From contig NC_042997.1 in NCBI RefSeq assembly GCF_006345805.1, forward strand, positions 123,070,001 to 123,134,000: a stretch of 64,000 nt of DNA, in the 5' to 3' direction. Source of the stretch: Octopus sinensis. Taxonomy: Eukaryota. A model generated the notes under the pieces. It was not told the origin of the DNA and did no database searches. It saw only the letters and a program-made list of their open reading frames with translations. Positions 40,949-55,648 of this stretch are shown piece by piece (positions within the stretch are counted from its first letter, which is position 1; the number at the start of each line of letters is the position of its first letter). The position numbers and the translations under genes are program-made.

Positions 40949-43727
40949 GTTCTTGCGTATGTGAGAGTAGATATAGATTTATAAAACGCTCAAACGCGTT
41001 AACCATGTTATTTTGGTCGGTTTTTAAGTTCTTTTTGCTCACGTATGCTTGAAGTGAAACCCTTTCTTAATTTTATACTTCCGTTCCTAACATTTAAAAA
41101 AAGAATTACACATCTGTGTTAGTAAATGTTGCTTCTCCCATAACTAATTTCACATCGTAACGACCAACCATTTTCAGGCCATAGTATTCGTCAGATTAGA
41201 TAGAATAAAAACATATGTAAATAGTATACATATATACATTCCTTATACGCATATTGTAAAATGACATTTGACATTTTAGGTTATGTACATATTGCACAAA
41301 TATGTTGAGAATAAGTCGTTCCCAGGCTTCCTGAGACCCAAAACGTTAAATATTGCTCTTTCTCGAAAAGAACAAAAGAACATTAAAAAAAAAGAAGAAG
41401 CAGGGAAAATAATAGAACGATAATAAAGATGGAAGGGAAAATAAAGAAAAATCACGTTAATGCCCGGAAGGTTGAAAATAAGGATCTTGAATAAGCGAGT
41501 GTTCGAATTGGGGGAACGGAATGCTTATCGTGATGTCTAAGGAGGAGTGAACATACAAAATACGTTTCATATCAGAATAGATAATTGATTTGGAATTGCC
41601 TGGAGGCTTAATAACTTGTGTACAATTAATAGTTTCTCACCAAATTCACTTGTATATTAATGTTTTATCGAAGGTCTACTTCTAAATATATTACAATAAT
41701 AATATTTTTCTCCTACAAAAGGCATGTAATAACACATGCATTGTATTTTGACATTGTGTGAATATTCTGTCATCCTGTGCAAAATTCCTAAAGGTCTAGC
41801 AACAGATTTATTGCCAAGGCAATTTTAAATTATTCAAATAAAAACATGCGAAATGAAATAACAATAAAATTACAAATAGCATGTATTTTACCGTCGTAAT
41901 GTCCTTTAGTGTATAAGTCTAAATGCTTTGGTTATGAACCAGAAACGATACGTGCACAATTCTCCTCTTATCTCCAGAAAGCAAACTTGACATTTTCCTT
42001 AATAGCATGAGAGCATTGGAGAGTCTTGAATCTCGAAATTAATTCCAGTTCTCATGTGGGGTTGGTCTTAATTGCTATTTGGTAATCATGATACATTTAT
42101 TAGTGTCGGAGGTAATTTTAAGTTGAAGGAGATAAAGAAGGTCTACAGGAAGGTGTGCGACGAACAGACAAAAAGCAAAATTATCTTTATTGTAAGCTTA
42201 ATTTTTAGAATTATGTTTACTTAACAGTTTAGAAGATATAATGACCGTTAGACTCTCGCACATTAAAATTTACAATCTGATTTAAGTTCTATGGTATTTG
42301 ATATACCGGTCTTTCTCTCCTTGTATATACGTATAAAAACCATGACTCGATGAGAACGCATTAAACATAATCTAGATGTAGCTGCTTACCTCCAAGAAAA
42401 AAACAGAGATGTTGCTCTTTGTCCTGGTATTATCCTAATATTATTAATAAGGAATTAGACTTTAGGTTCTATTGTCTCATACAGAAATTTCTTCGAAAAT
42501 ATTCAAATATTAGAAGTTTTGCTCTTTTAGAGTCTGTTTTTACGTTAGTATTGTTTTACCCTGAAAGCACTTGGATTACTCAACCAAAGCCATATTGTAA
42601 TATCCATTTTTATTTTTCAGAAAGTAACTCGAAACGCAAAATTCTTTTCGATTTTAATGCTATTTTTTGCACGTTATACTACGGTCTACTGCTCTTCCAC
42701 ATAAATCAGTCTAAGAATATGTGTGTTCTTGAAAGCTAAAATAAGATACAACACTAAAGGCATATTTCAATAGGTAATCATTAATCAAACCTATACATTT
42801 GGATTAGAACAAAGCAAAGAAGATATATCTTCTTGTCAGAGAACATTGAATGAACCTGGAAAAGTTGACAGAGCAGTGATGGATATGACTATCGAAAAAG
42901 AAAACAAATGACAAATATAAACTGAAATATTCTCTATTTTAGAATGATTGATGCATTCTCCAATACCTTCCTTATGCATTAATATATCCGATGTTATGGA
43001 TTAGCATAGTACTTGTTGTCAGATATGTAGGAATATATCCTTATAACTTACGTGATTATTACAAACAAGTATTAGATATATATTTCTTTCTTATATGTTT
43101 AATACTGTTTTATAGACGATTCAGTTGCAACAGTTCAAAGCAGCACAGGATTCACACATGCAGCGTATGAACCATGTGTTATTGTTTTATATTGATATTA
43201 TTTTATATCCTATTTCTGAACAATAGATACTTTCTATCAGTTTTCTTGTGATCCATCACTGGTTCAAAGAATTTCTAGTTTTTTCAAAGGATAAACGTCA
43301 TGGAATGAATTCGCTGTGACATTCAGACCAATAACTCTTGCGTCTCTATGCTCGACGTTGCACGTCATCCTAAAATCAGTTAAATATATACAGGTAATAC
43401 GTGGGGTTAGAAGTTTAATTTCCATTAACGTAGTCCTGGATTAGATCATACGCACCCAGCTTCAGAAAGCGTATTCTCTCATAGGCACGGATCTATCAGA
43501 CTACATAAAAAATATCCCTAATTGCATTTTGAAAAGACCTGCCTTCTAATAGAATGAAAGGTATTAAATTCTTGGTGATTTATTCTACTTGTATGCATAT
43601 CTTTGAAATAGTGAACGAAGAGCATTTAACTATAATAGAATGAGTAATTCTAATGTGAAATAAATTCACTCCTGTTACCTATTGCAGCTAGCTAACCATA
43701 CTCGCATGCATATATATACACACACAT

Positions 43728-43793
<66 letters not shown>

Positions 43794-43905
43794 TATATAT
43801 TTGTGTGTGTGTATGCATGTATATATGGGCCTGTGTAAATATGTATACACACACATATAATATGTATACATCTCTCCTCTCTCTCTCTTTCTCTCTTTCT
43901 CTCTT

Positions 43906-43941
<36 letters not shown>

Positions 43942-45546
43942 GTTATATACATATATGTCTGCGTGTATGTATATGTGTGTATATATTCATACACGTTTAC
44001 GTATCTATGGATACAAGCACAATTATATGTATATGCGTATTTACCTACGTCTCTCAGTCACCTCTCCAACTAATTGTGAAACATTGCTGTGTATTGCATA
44101 AGAAACTCTACGTGAGATGAAAGGCTTAGTAGCATTTACTAACGGAAGTTTACTCTCTGTGTTCAAATGTGTCCGGGTTTAACTACGTTTTGTTTCCTCG
44201 TGTAGTAATAGATTTAATACCAGAGAAAAGTAATGATCAATAGAATTGAATTGTTTACGCATATTCATATAAGAAGTCGATAGTAATTATCGGAATGCAA
44301 TATTATGGTTAAATATGTAGATATGCAATGCCTTTCTGTTTAGAACGTATTCTATGCTGAATTCCACTCTTGCCAAGGTTAATTTTGTGTTTCCTGGTCA
44401 TTTGCTTATGTGCCATTAGCATCCATATTCTAGATTATAATAAATTTCTGTACGCATTCCTCACAAATTTATGTTATTCCTCTATATGATAATCTTTATA
44501 TACTTTTCGCAAATTTTACAGATATAGAATAATATCTGCTACTGTACAACGGGCTTTATTGCATATTTATTCAGCTATATTTTCGCTAAAGCTTCCTAAA
44601 CCCTTTAAATATGTACAATAGTTTTTCTGCAGTAAATTATATTCTGATATGTTTATTGGTTTCTTCACGACAATGATTAAATGCAAATTGTTTCGGAAGG
44701 CCCAGGCATAAAGGCCGTGCGTTTCATAAGGACATGACTTTATTGACGGGAATATGTACTCTACTTACATTTGAAATGAAAGCCTTTATTCGCTTGCAAA
44801 ACGTAATATAGGTTTTTGAATATTGCACTTTCGGGAAAAGGATTCGTCAGAATTTATTGATGCACTAATCAAAATGCTTCATACCCAATATATAATATTG
44901 TGCTGAAATGTTATTCCATGCAATTGGATTATAATTGTTGATAGTGTGGGATTAATAGCTAATATTTATTAAATGTCTATTTCATTTAATCTTTTAATCG
45001 GGATCAATTTTCAAAATGTACTTCCATAAATGTTGCAGCATAGATATCTTTTTTAAGATTTTAAATTCGACTTGATATGCCCTTATACTAGATTGCCATA
45101 AGATCATATTCCGCCCACTTCGAAAATAATTTACTAAAAGACCATCATTTTAGGTACATTACACTCTTTAACCAGTCCGTATAAATTGAGTATACATCTA
45201 TATTAACCAAAAATCAATAAGCTTTTGATTGTATTCAATATTTCATCGTAAATCTAGAGCCCCAAATTTACAGAACTGATTTTTTTGATATCTTGTAATA
45301 CTAAGTTCAAATTCTACAATGGTCTATGTTATCTCTTAACATATTTTCCTCTATAAAATAATCACTAGTAATAGAAAGTTATCGATTCTATTGACTGCTA
45401 TGGTATTTCGATTTGGCACAGTGCCTAGACTGAAGTCAGCTTTAGTCTTTAAGATGATGTGTTCCAAATAGGCTTTAGAGAAATTCTACATTCATATCTA
45501 AATAATATTTATAAAAAGCAAAGCAATAGATTTTACAGTTTCTCTC

Positions 45547-45611
<65 letters not shown>

Positions 45612-46559
45612 GAATCTTTCAACGATAAATAATTACATTTAAATACAAAGAAATATCCAAATCATTTGAAAAAATTACAATATAAATCATTAATTAACAA
45701 TCGCTTTTTTTATATCTCACTGCAGTATTGATTAGAGAGCAAGTAATGGCAAAATAAATAGAACTACACCAATCTTCTGACATTTATGCGTCAATGAAAT
45801 GACCAATAAATTTCAGACTAGAATAAAATTACAAGAAGTAAAACATTATGCAAGACAAAATTGCTTTAATCGTAACAATGCAGGAAATAACTCACATCAA
45901 TATAAAGAAGAAAAAGTATACAAAAAGAAATAGATAAGCAAATGGTCGACTTATACATAGAATACATACAGCATCACACGTATCTATCCGCAAATATTTA
46001 TTAGTGTTTAATTCATTCTATTACAATAATTAACGCCATTAAATTGTTTTAAATCAAATTAAATTGAAAGTGCTATGTAATTACTTTAGATTAACTTGCC
46101 ATTTTAGTTTTATTGACAACATTACAATAACTATGTGTAACATTACCATGTAACTATGTCCTACACATTTGTGATGAAGCTTTTCAATTTGTCGCCTTCC
46201 TTGCTATATTATCACAGAGTCGGACCAAGTTAAATACCAAGGCCACGCTACCTTGTTAAACAAAACAGTAAAGTTGGCACTACTACATAATTCAAATTTT
46301 ATCACAGAAGCAGTGTTTATTTATACACCTACACATACTCATTCACGTACGAACACAATCACATACTTATGAGTGCAGGCGCGGTCCCAGGAATTTTTAA
46401 AAGGATGGGCATAATGTCAGAAGAGAGTACGATTCCAGGAGAAAAATGGAATAATAACATCATTTAGAAGGATCCATTGTTTTCTCATCTCCCATCTCTT
46501 GGCTACGCCCTTGAAGTGCACATGTGTATTTCTGACAATTATACAGTATTCAGAAACGA

Positions 46560-46850
46560 AGAGGTCTCTCTCGAGCCATGCTTGGCTTATTAGGGCCCGT
46601 TTCACGGTTTCCTTGACGTATAGGTTCCCTATCTGGACGGGACGCCGGACTGTCGCAGGTGAGTTGCAAGATACAGTAGGAAAGAATGAAAGTTGTGGCG
46701 AAAGGGTCAGCAGAGTTTCGCTATTACCTTCTGCCGGAGCCGCGTGGGGTTTAGGTGTTTTACTCATAAATACACACATCGCCCGGTCTGAGATTCGAAC
46801 TCGCGATCCCTCGACCGCTTCGTTGTTCTAACCACTCGGCCACACTCCCC
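46560..46850 (-). mobile_element. tRNA-derived SINE, family C
   Basis: Minus-strand head gtgtggccgagtggttagaac...gagttcgaatctcagacc with A box TGGCCGAGTGG and B box GTTCGAATC. Confidence 0.8.
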
Positions 46851-47098
46851 CACACATGCTACATAGGATACAGTAAATGTAATTACTGACCGAATCATCT
46901 ATGTATCAGTGCAAATTCCTGAATGACTCGACAGGATTTGCTGGATTGAACTGTAAAGTAGGAAACGGGACAAGTAAAAAGCTTGCAATGATATCAGTAA
47001 AATTAAAATTATTGCCAAGAATAAACGACACATTCTTATACTTCTTTTTATTAGCAAGCTTTTGTGTACACCAACATATGTATTCTGGAGCTAATATC

Positions 47099-47332
47099 TA
47101 TTTCTTTATTACCCACAAGGGGCTAAACACAGAGGGGACAAACAAGGACAGACATAGGTATTAAATCGATTACATCGACCCCAGTGCGTAACTGGTACTT
47201 AATTTATCGACCCCGAAAGGATGAAAGGCCAAGTCGACCTCGGCGGAATTTGAACTCACAACGTAACGGCAGACGAAATACCGCTAAACATTTCGCCCGG
47301 CGTGCTAACGTTTCTGCCAGCTCGCCGCCTTT
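47099..47332 (-). mobile_element. SINE family B, full length with 16-bp TSD
   Basis: TTCTGGAGCTAATATC at 47083-47098 and 47333-47348. Confidence 0.95.
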
Positions 47333-47551
47333 TTCTGGAGCTAATATCGGTGTGTACAGATGTATGTGCTTATGTATATCGGTCATAGGGTGAAATCACC
47401 AAATATATTTTAATCAAAAGGACCCATCATCATCACAGTAAAATCCGATATTTCTGAAAATAATTTATAATAAATATCAAATTATTTCTTGGAATTTAAA
47501 AAGAAAATAATATTCGAAATAAACATAACAATAACTTGATAGCATTTACAT

Positions 47552-47817
47552 TTTTAATTTGTGTAGAATTAAGTTTTATATCTAATTAATCGTGAAGATT
47601 CAGCAGAAATTTGTTTAGCTAATATATATTACATAAATCATATTTAGTTCCAGGGAATATAATAGAGTTACAAATAAAATAATTAATGTTTTAGTATTTG
47701 CAGATATTCATCACTGTGAAAACGAAGTGAATCTCCTGTTGCATTGTGAGATAAAAATTCAGCCCCATATCTCTGTGTATTTGTGTGTGAATGCGTGTGT
47801 ATATGTGTAAGAGTGCA
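47552..47817 (+). repeat. Local direct duplication, copy 1 (copy 2 at 49819-50008)
   Basis: ttttaatttgtgtagaattaag...gaatgcgtgtgtatatgtgtaag repeated; copy 2 lacks 47589-47664. Confidence 0.9.
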
Positions 47818-47849
47818 TGCGTGCGCGCACGTACGCATGTACGTATATG

Positions 47850-47888
<39 letters not shown>

Positions 47889-48479
47889 GCACACACACAC
47901 AAAATATTCTTCATGTATAATATGTATAAACTCTAATGCGAAGACAAAATTAACTCTTCCCTTCTGGGGGATGGAAAGATGTTAAGGGCTTTGGTCAAAT
48001 GTTCATCAGAGAAAAGTGAGAATGTTCATCAGCGTTAGTGAGAACGGATTATCTCCCGTAGCTTAGAGAAGAATAAGAGATTCATCACTTCGCCTGGTGA
48101 TGGATTGTTAGGACTCTGCCGAGCTTAGTCAGCGAACGGGAAATCCAGTGTTTACAGCATGTAGTGTTTGAATTTGATGCACGATATAAAGATTTCTTAA
48201 GGAGTATTCAGACACCAAGGTCTTAAGGAGTCTTTAAGTATCCTTACTTGCTCAGCACTTCGGTTTATGTAGGAACCCGGCTGTTCTATGATCTTCCACT
48301 TGATATTGCATGGGGTACCTTCATTGTTGAGTTGCCACACATGGCTGGCACACTATGTGACAAATCTTCTTTCTGGTACCCTGATGGAGGACCTATGGTT
48401 GTACAAGCGTTGCTTGAAAGCCTTAACGGCTGATCCCATGTATTTCCAGACTTGGGTGTCGGCTATTGGTCAGCACAAG

Positions 48480-49400
48480 GATGGGTTTAACAATAGAATA
48501 TTAAATTGTATGTATTCTAGTAAAATAATTTAAACATTACGAATGTAAAAAGTAACAATAATCCACTGTGATATTATAATCAGGATAACAAACATTTTAG
48601 TACGCTGGTGAGAAAAACCCTGAACATTTCTGATAGCGTAAATGAAATCTGCAATTTTAGACATACATCCCTTTGTTCACTTGATGGATATTGCTTTAAT
48701 GTGATTATATATAAATGCTCCGGACGTTGCACTTGGAAATTTCTATGTATATTTCGGGGCTGTGCAGCTGTTGTGATAAGGGCAAAACAAACTTTAGCTA
48801 GTCGTTTATGGAAGCTTTCTGACTGTGTATCACTTTGCTCAAATTATTGCTTGCAAAGTTGCAAAGAGCAAATTTATAATGTTTGTAATGTGTGTACATC
48901 TGAGACTTGTGAAATAATTAAGTGTAAATCAGATCTTATTAACTAGTGAGATGACACAATCATATGATAGCAACACATATATCCTATGTCCTCCCCAAAA
49001 ATATTAAAATTAACGCACGAAACTAACCTATACGCACTATTAATACTACTATTATTGTGAACTGCTGTAGGTCTACCTGTTCTAATTTGTTTAACACCTA
49101 CTTGTCTGTTTTTCTCTATATTCATCTTGCTTTATTCAGCTAAACCCCGTGCGGACTGGGAGTACTTTGATGTGCAGTAATACAAAGAGAAAATAATGGT
49201 AAATATAATTAGTTTATATATTCAATAATTGAACTAATTTGCTGTAAATTATTTTCTCATTAATTAATTATACAATGGTCACAAATGTACCATTGATCCT
49301 CCCCATATTATATTATTAATTAAAATATGAGTACGGACTAAACCTAAAATGTAGTCCCCTTAATTTACGCATAGATTTATCTTCCCTTGTTTTATATACA
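48480..49400 (+). pseudogene. Decayed Penelope/Poseidon-type GIY-YIG endonuclease region and 3' terminal segment
   Basis: CNFRHTSLCSLDGYCFNVIIYK...TLASRLWKLSD...CNVCTSETCEII matches CNCR...CPL.G.C....IY / LS.YIW.LK / CNLCL.EK; AT-rich tail resembles 32990-33070. Confidence 0.7.
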
Positions 49401-49818
49401 TATTCTGTTTTATATCTGATTTTTCACTTTTAGCTTGACGCTTCCATTGACATAATATATAACATTATCTATAGTATGGTATATTCTAACTTTTACGATC
49501 GATAGTGGGATAGCTTGACTATGAACAGTTCTATGTATGTGTATGTCTACAGGCTAATAATGATATTGATTGGTTTGGTCACATAAAGGAAGTGATGAAC
49601 GTCTACTATATATGAAATTACTATTTTCTTATCAAGTAGTCTAAGCAATAGTGCATGTTTGATAGTTTGTAGCGGAAATTATACGTATAAATGTGTCTGA
49701 GACTAATTATATGAGGTGAATGTATGTGTAGGGTGGGTGGAGCAGGTATCATTAGTCTTCAATGACATTTCTATCCTTTTGTATCAGCGGTTTCTAAACT
49801 TCCAAATGTTTAGAACGC

Positions 49819-50008
49819 TTTTAATTTGTGTAGAATTAAGTTTTATATCTAATTAGAGTTACAAATAAAATAATTAATGTTTTACTATTTGCAGATATTC
49901 ATCACTGTGAATACGAAGTGAATCTCCTATTGCATTGTGAAATAAATATTCAGCCCCATATCTCTGTGTATTTGTGTGTGAATGCGTGTGTATATGTGTA
50001 AGTGTGCA
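49819..50008 (+). repeat. Local direct duplication, copy 2
   Basis: Matches 47552-47817 with a 76-bp deletion and a few substitutions. Confidence 0.9.
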
Positions 50009-50469
50009 ATTGACTGTACTAAACCAGACACGTTGCCTTTAACAAACAGGTCTCCAATCTCCATATCTAAACCCCTATTTATTTTTATTATCTTTTCCAT
50101 AATTTTCGTTCTCTTTATTTCTTTTATCCGATTCTCTGTCTATATTCAAACAATACTACACGCTCAACTAAATTTTCAGAATGCAAATTTTTAGATTTAT
50201 TTTGTGATATCATTGTACTTAGTTTAATTTATTGCATTCTTTTTCTCAATTGGTACTTATCTACTGTCACCACTTCATTAATGCAATCCATATATGGTAA
50301 TTCTATTATTTTTAAAAACTGAATTCTGCTGAATACATTTCTTCTCTCTGGCAATATAATGAAATTTTTTGCTACTAGCAGCAGTGTCTGCTATTTTAAC
50401 CTGCCGTGCATTTTTCCGTTTTTCCGTTACGTAATAGTCTAACCTTGCCTTAGGGTGAGTATATTATAC

Positions 50470-50556
<87 letters not shown>

Positions 50557-50557
50557 G

Positions 50558-50648
<91 letters not shown>

Positions 50649-51277
50649 TGTGTGTGTGAATGTGTTTGTGTATCTACGTATGTATATATTATGCATGCAT
50701 TTATATATGTTTGTGTATGTATGTATGTATGTATATATACAAAGAGATTAAAAAAGAAAGAGACTGAGAAAGTGAGAGATTTTACTGTTTATTGAACTAG
50801 AATTTTCTTGCTATAAAGCATTAGGATAATTTCGAGGTAACAGGGCTAAATATCTTTGGAAAGTAAAAGAAAAATGTAATTCAGAATTTGTTTTCATTCA
50901 ATAGAGCTAATTATATATAATGCAATATTTAGTGGCGAAAAAAATTTACAACCTAACCTTAGGAATCAATTACACATAAAACCTAATAGACTTGAAAATA
51001 AAATTGCAATGTTTGAATATTTTAATTATTTTTATATAGAATTCAATTTCGTTTGAAATCTGATAAAGAATTGAAATTAAATTCGATTCGAGGTGCAATT
51101 TTTTTAGGAAATCGATTTGGTGACGAAGAAAATGGGTCCCATCATGTTTTTCTTTTTATGTAGTCCTATTGAAAATAACGTGAAACTATTCTAAACTATC
51201 AAAAACCAAAACAATTGAAAGCTGTATGAAATATATATCTGCTCACATCCATATTATGAAAGAATACTCAAAATATC

Positions 51278-51353
<76 letters not shown>

Positions 51354-51593
51354 CAGATACAAAAATCGAGGTGTGGGAAGAAAGTTAGATTCAATAAATC
51401 TGTAGTAAATATTAAAAAAACTATCGGGGAAATAGTGGTTTATTGAGACGAATTGCTAACGAATCGCCTGCGGTATACACCTCACTTCGATATTTAACAC
51501 TTCCGATGTCCCGCTCGCCATGAAACATATGTAGCCGGAATCTAATCTACTCCAATCCTTAACACACACACTCTCATTCTCTCTCTCTCTCTC

Positions 51594-51671
<78 letters not shown>

Positions 51672-51708
51672 CATATATACAAGAAAAAGCAACAAGAATG
51701 GATTAGTT

Positions 51709-51800
51709 GTTCCGTACAATTGTTTCATACGAAGAACAACTTTATTAAAAGCTGCAAATATTGCAGCAAATATAAGTGTCCCGTATTCATCAGCCAAAAC
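51709..51800 (-). ncRNA. Hammerhead ribozyme motif in a PLE fragment next to (TA)n
   Basis: CUGAUGA AUACGGG...UUCGUAU GAAA CAAUUG UA CGGAAC; palindrome ACAAUUGU; stem I imperfect. Confidence 0.72.
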
Positions 51801-53187
51801 ACATATGAGTTATCCAAACATCCTAGTGGGTGAGGCTTCACTCATGAAGTAATATAAAAAGCAAAGTTAGATTGTAAGCAGACTCCAAAAGTTCTCTAAT
51901 GATGCACAGTTTTATAAAAGGTTTTTAAAAAAGTTTGTTAGCTTCACAGAAAAGGTAAATCCATCCATAATAATGCAGGTGTATTTTCCGGAGATATGAG
52001 GAGATATTTCATACTCAGAAACGATGAATTTATCCATAATAATGTAGATGTAATTTCCTCACCCCACATTATTTTATGGTTAATACCATATAGATTTCTG
52101 GTGAATCTAAGTTAAGTACCGCATTCATGTGAATTCATTGGAACTCACTTGAATCTTAATTGTTTTTTATATACATATATATATATAAAATTAAATATTT
52201 TGTATTAATTTTCACCCAGTAGGTTTTTTACATGTTAGTTACTTGATAAAAGGCTATATAGATTTTATCTTTGATAACAATGATAAATAGGTATTCACTC
52301 CAATCAGATTATATTCGCTGCTGAATTATTTTGATTATTCACACGTGGCTGAGTTAAATGACCGATATTAAACTTGTATATAGATTTCACCATTTGTAAA
52401 TGCACTGTAGATATATTGTATGTATAAGTGTTTATAATCATGTACTTTCGGTTATGTCATACTGAGGACGGTAAAGGGCATTACATCTTTAAACCAGAAA
52501 TCGATCTATCGCTAAACTGTTTTTAAATATCTCTTTTGTTCATTCCTTCGCTTTCAGCCCGTGCCTAAGTGATAAACAAGAGAGTTTTAGAGTCATTTGG
52601 CATCCTCTTCTAACAATAGATGCCCTCATTATAATTTTATTTATAATATTTATATAATGTTACGTTTATATATTTGTTTTGCAAGATTTTTGATGTGAAA
52701 TCGTCTGTTGAAACAGATATTGTTGTATTTAGGAATGGTCATTTTGCCAGTTCAGCCAATAATAATATATAATGCCTTTGAATGCATGAGTAGAACATCT
52801 TCCATTTCACAACTAAAACACAAAATATCACCTTTGTGTAAAATATGGTAAATTTTAATTCTGTTTTTCCAACTAGAAGCAAAGAGAATTAGCAATGCTA
52901 GAGATGACGTCAAGAGGGGTGCGCAATTATTACAAATATATTGTTAACAAGAACCACAAATAAATCCCTATAGAAATGTTCATATCATGAAAGGGGAAAA
53001 ACAATTATCTGGAAAGACGCTCCCAAAAATGTGCAAAACGGAGAGAAATAATGTCTGTAATACAAGTGCTTTGGGAAAATGAAAATATAGGACTGTAAAT
53101 GACATGCAGATTGGGCTGCCTCCCGGCTCTACAGGTACCGGAATGTGTAACACACACACGCACACAAACACATATATATATATATAT

Positions 53188-53420
53188 CACCATGACACCG
53201 TGACCGACCAGGATATCAGATGTTGCTACACATCGCTGGTCACAATGCGCTTAGCATTGTTTTAGCCTTCAAATGACGCCACCCCGCTGGCTAAGTGAGC
53301 AGGCCAACAGAAGAAAGAGTGAGAGAGAATACAGCAGGGATCGCCCCCACCCCTGCCGGAGCCTCGTGGTGCTTTAGGTGTTTTCCCTCAATAAACTCTC
53401 ACAACACCCGGTCTGAGAAT
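53188..53420 (-). mobile_element. SINE related to family C, head truncated, different 3' part
   Basis: ctgccggagcctcgtgg...tttaggtgtttt...cccggtctgaga shared with 46730-46795. Confidence 0.7.
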
Positions 53421-55573
53421 CTTCTTTCATTGAAGGTAAGGTAAATATATTTTGCTTTTGAATTAAAAAACATTATTTAGATCTAAACTTGATTGGAGGC
53501 GTTACTTACTCTCCTATAAAGTTGCTCCAAATTTTGATGTACACTTTTTTTTTCTTCGGGACTAAATTTCAATATCTTTATGCCAAAATGTAGCTAGGGA
53601 TCAGTGCTCTTCAAAAACTTTTTTTATTTGGTTAAGAACTGAATTGGCCATAATGCTCTGAAGATGCTGCGTGTGAGTAAATTGCGGCCTTAAGAGTATT
53701 TTATTATTTAACTGCTAACGTAATTGAAGGATATTCAGGTGCCAAAAAACAAAACGTGATAATGTATGAGTTATCTAGCGGCCATAAAATACATATCAAT
53801 ATCATTAGGACTGATTTGAACGATAATATATATATATATATTTGAATTGGAAATAGAAAAATTAATTTCAAATTCAAATCTATAGTATATTCTGTGACAT
53901 ACCTGCCAAAATATTATTTTAACCAACAAAAATGTTATTTTATCAATGGAGAAACGAAAGGCCTTTGAGAGGTCCTTATGAAGCAACTGTCCGCTTCAGG
54001 AGATTCCGTCTAAATCAGAGAGCAACATGAAAAGAGTGTATGAATATTACTGAATCCCTTTATTCCTGGTGTAATAGTTGTTTGCCTTTTCCCGTGATAG
54101 CTTTCCTGCGAATCTATATTTTGATAATTTAACAACAAACCGCTTTGAATGTGTCCAAAACTCGCACACAAATCTTACGTTGGTTTTCTGTATTCTGAAT
54201 TGTAATTCTTCCGTCACTACATAATATTTTTCACTATATTCAACATTAGTCACGAAAACCAAAGAGAGGAATGCAAGTTTAGCTTTCCGTGTATATCTCT
54301 TTCTTATGAAAATGGCCAAGACAGGCGAATTATTTCTCCACGTCATGCAAATTTGGCATCCGAATTCTAGTTTCTGACGACCTTAAATCATGGCAAAATG
54401 CAAGGATAAGTGAAATTCTCCCCCTTATTTTCTTTTTGTGGTTACGCTAATATGCAAAACACTTCATACAGACTTTCTTGAAACGACCAATGTTCTACTC
54501 ATTCCAACTCTGATTTTATTTATCATACACTTTCAGTACCATTTAGTAAATGGGTGCAAATATCAATACGAAACATGTCGATTCTGATGCCACTCCATCT
54601 CGACATCGCATGTGAATCCAATTAGAAATTTTATCAATTATGCAATTAGGAAAAATCCAATGCTCCTATTGAAAGTCTGTTGTGTAACATCATTTAGCCG
54701 ATCATAAACATTTAGGAAGACTTATATGGATTTGAAAGAAACTAAAATCTGCTCCCTATCGCTTGTCTAGCGATGTTAATTTTCATTGTGTACAACACAC
54801 GCGTAGACCACATAAAAATATTCACATGATTTATCGTATTGGTGGAATTGGCGGTGAAATAGATTTATTACATCTAAGCTGCACTCTATCCGTGTACAAC
54901 AAGTTTATCTCATCATCATTTGAACCCTACCGTAGAAATTTAATGCCTCAAATCATATATGCACATGACGTCTGCAAGACACTCATTATTTCATATATTT
55001 TGTAAGTGTATGCTTACTGCATCGTTTTAACCTACCGTTTTTCGCATTAGAACACTTATATCTGTTTTATTGCGTCGTTTTGTATTTTGAATTCATATCC
55101 ATCCATTGTCAAGTTTATTTGATAAATATCTGCAACGACCATAGGAGCCGACCTGCCTACTCTTGGCTGTAATCGTCATTGTTGATGAAAATGAAATGAT
55201 TTTAATGTATAGAAACGTCATGAAAGATAGTGATTCAGCTTCAATAGCAAATTTTATGCAATAGAAAATTGACAAATGCATGTGTTCCATCCATTCTCAT
55301 TTTCCTTCCCAATAAAATACTTTCCGTGCAACAAAGTAGAACATTGATAATTAAATTTTAGTCGGTAGTCTGGCCAAATGGATAACAATATTCCGTGTGC
55401 AATGGGTCTATATCTATTCACTTTTCTTATTTCCATGCAATAGAGACCTTCAAGTGATCCGTTATACGATTGATATGTTAAAGATACGTGAATTGGCATT
55501 GCTTTTGGAAACTATCATTAATCATCATCGATTTTGTCATCATCATCATCACTCCACCGCTGCAACAGTCGTT

Positions 55574-55648
55574 TCAATGCTCCCTCTGGTCGACATCCTG
55601 TTCCTGGTTGACGTCCTCTTCTTCGTCGTCGTCGTTTTCGTCGTCATC
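55574..55648 (-). CDS. Possible terminal coding exon (DDDENDDDEEEDVNQEQDVDQREH*, or alternative frame MTTKTTTTKKRTSTRNRMSTRGSIETTVAAVE* ending at 55549)
   Basis: Strong acceptor catttcccctttttctgttcag (CAG at 55649-55651), a short GC-richer reading frame, then ~2 kb without recognisable repeats (3' UTR-like). Confidence 0.5.
   Translation of the reverse strand, partial: DDDENDDDEEEDVNQEQDVDQREH

Noticed and set aside
42770-43200. Short plus-strand open frames after acceptor-like sites
   Set aside because: Expected by chance; no supporting motifs
46780-46850. tRNA-like A/B boxes
   Set aside because: No complete cloverleaf; continues into a SINE body
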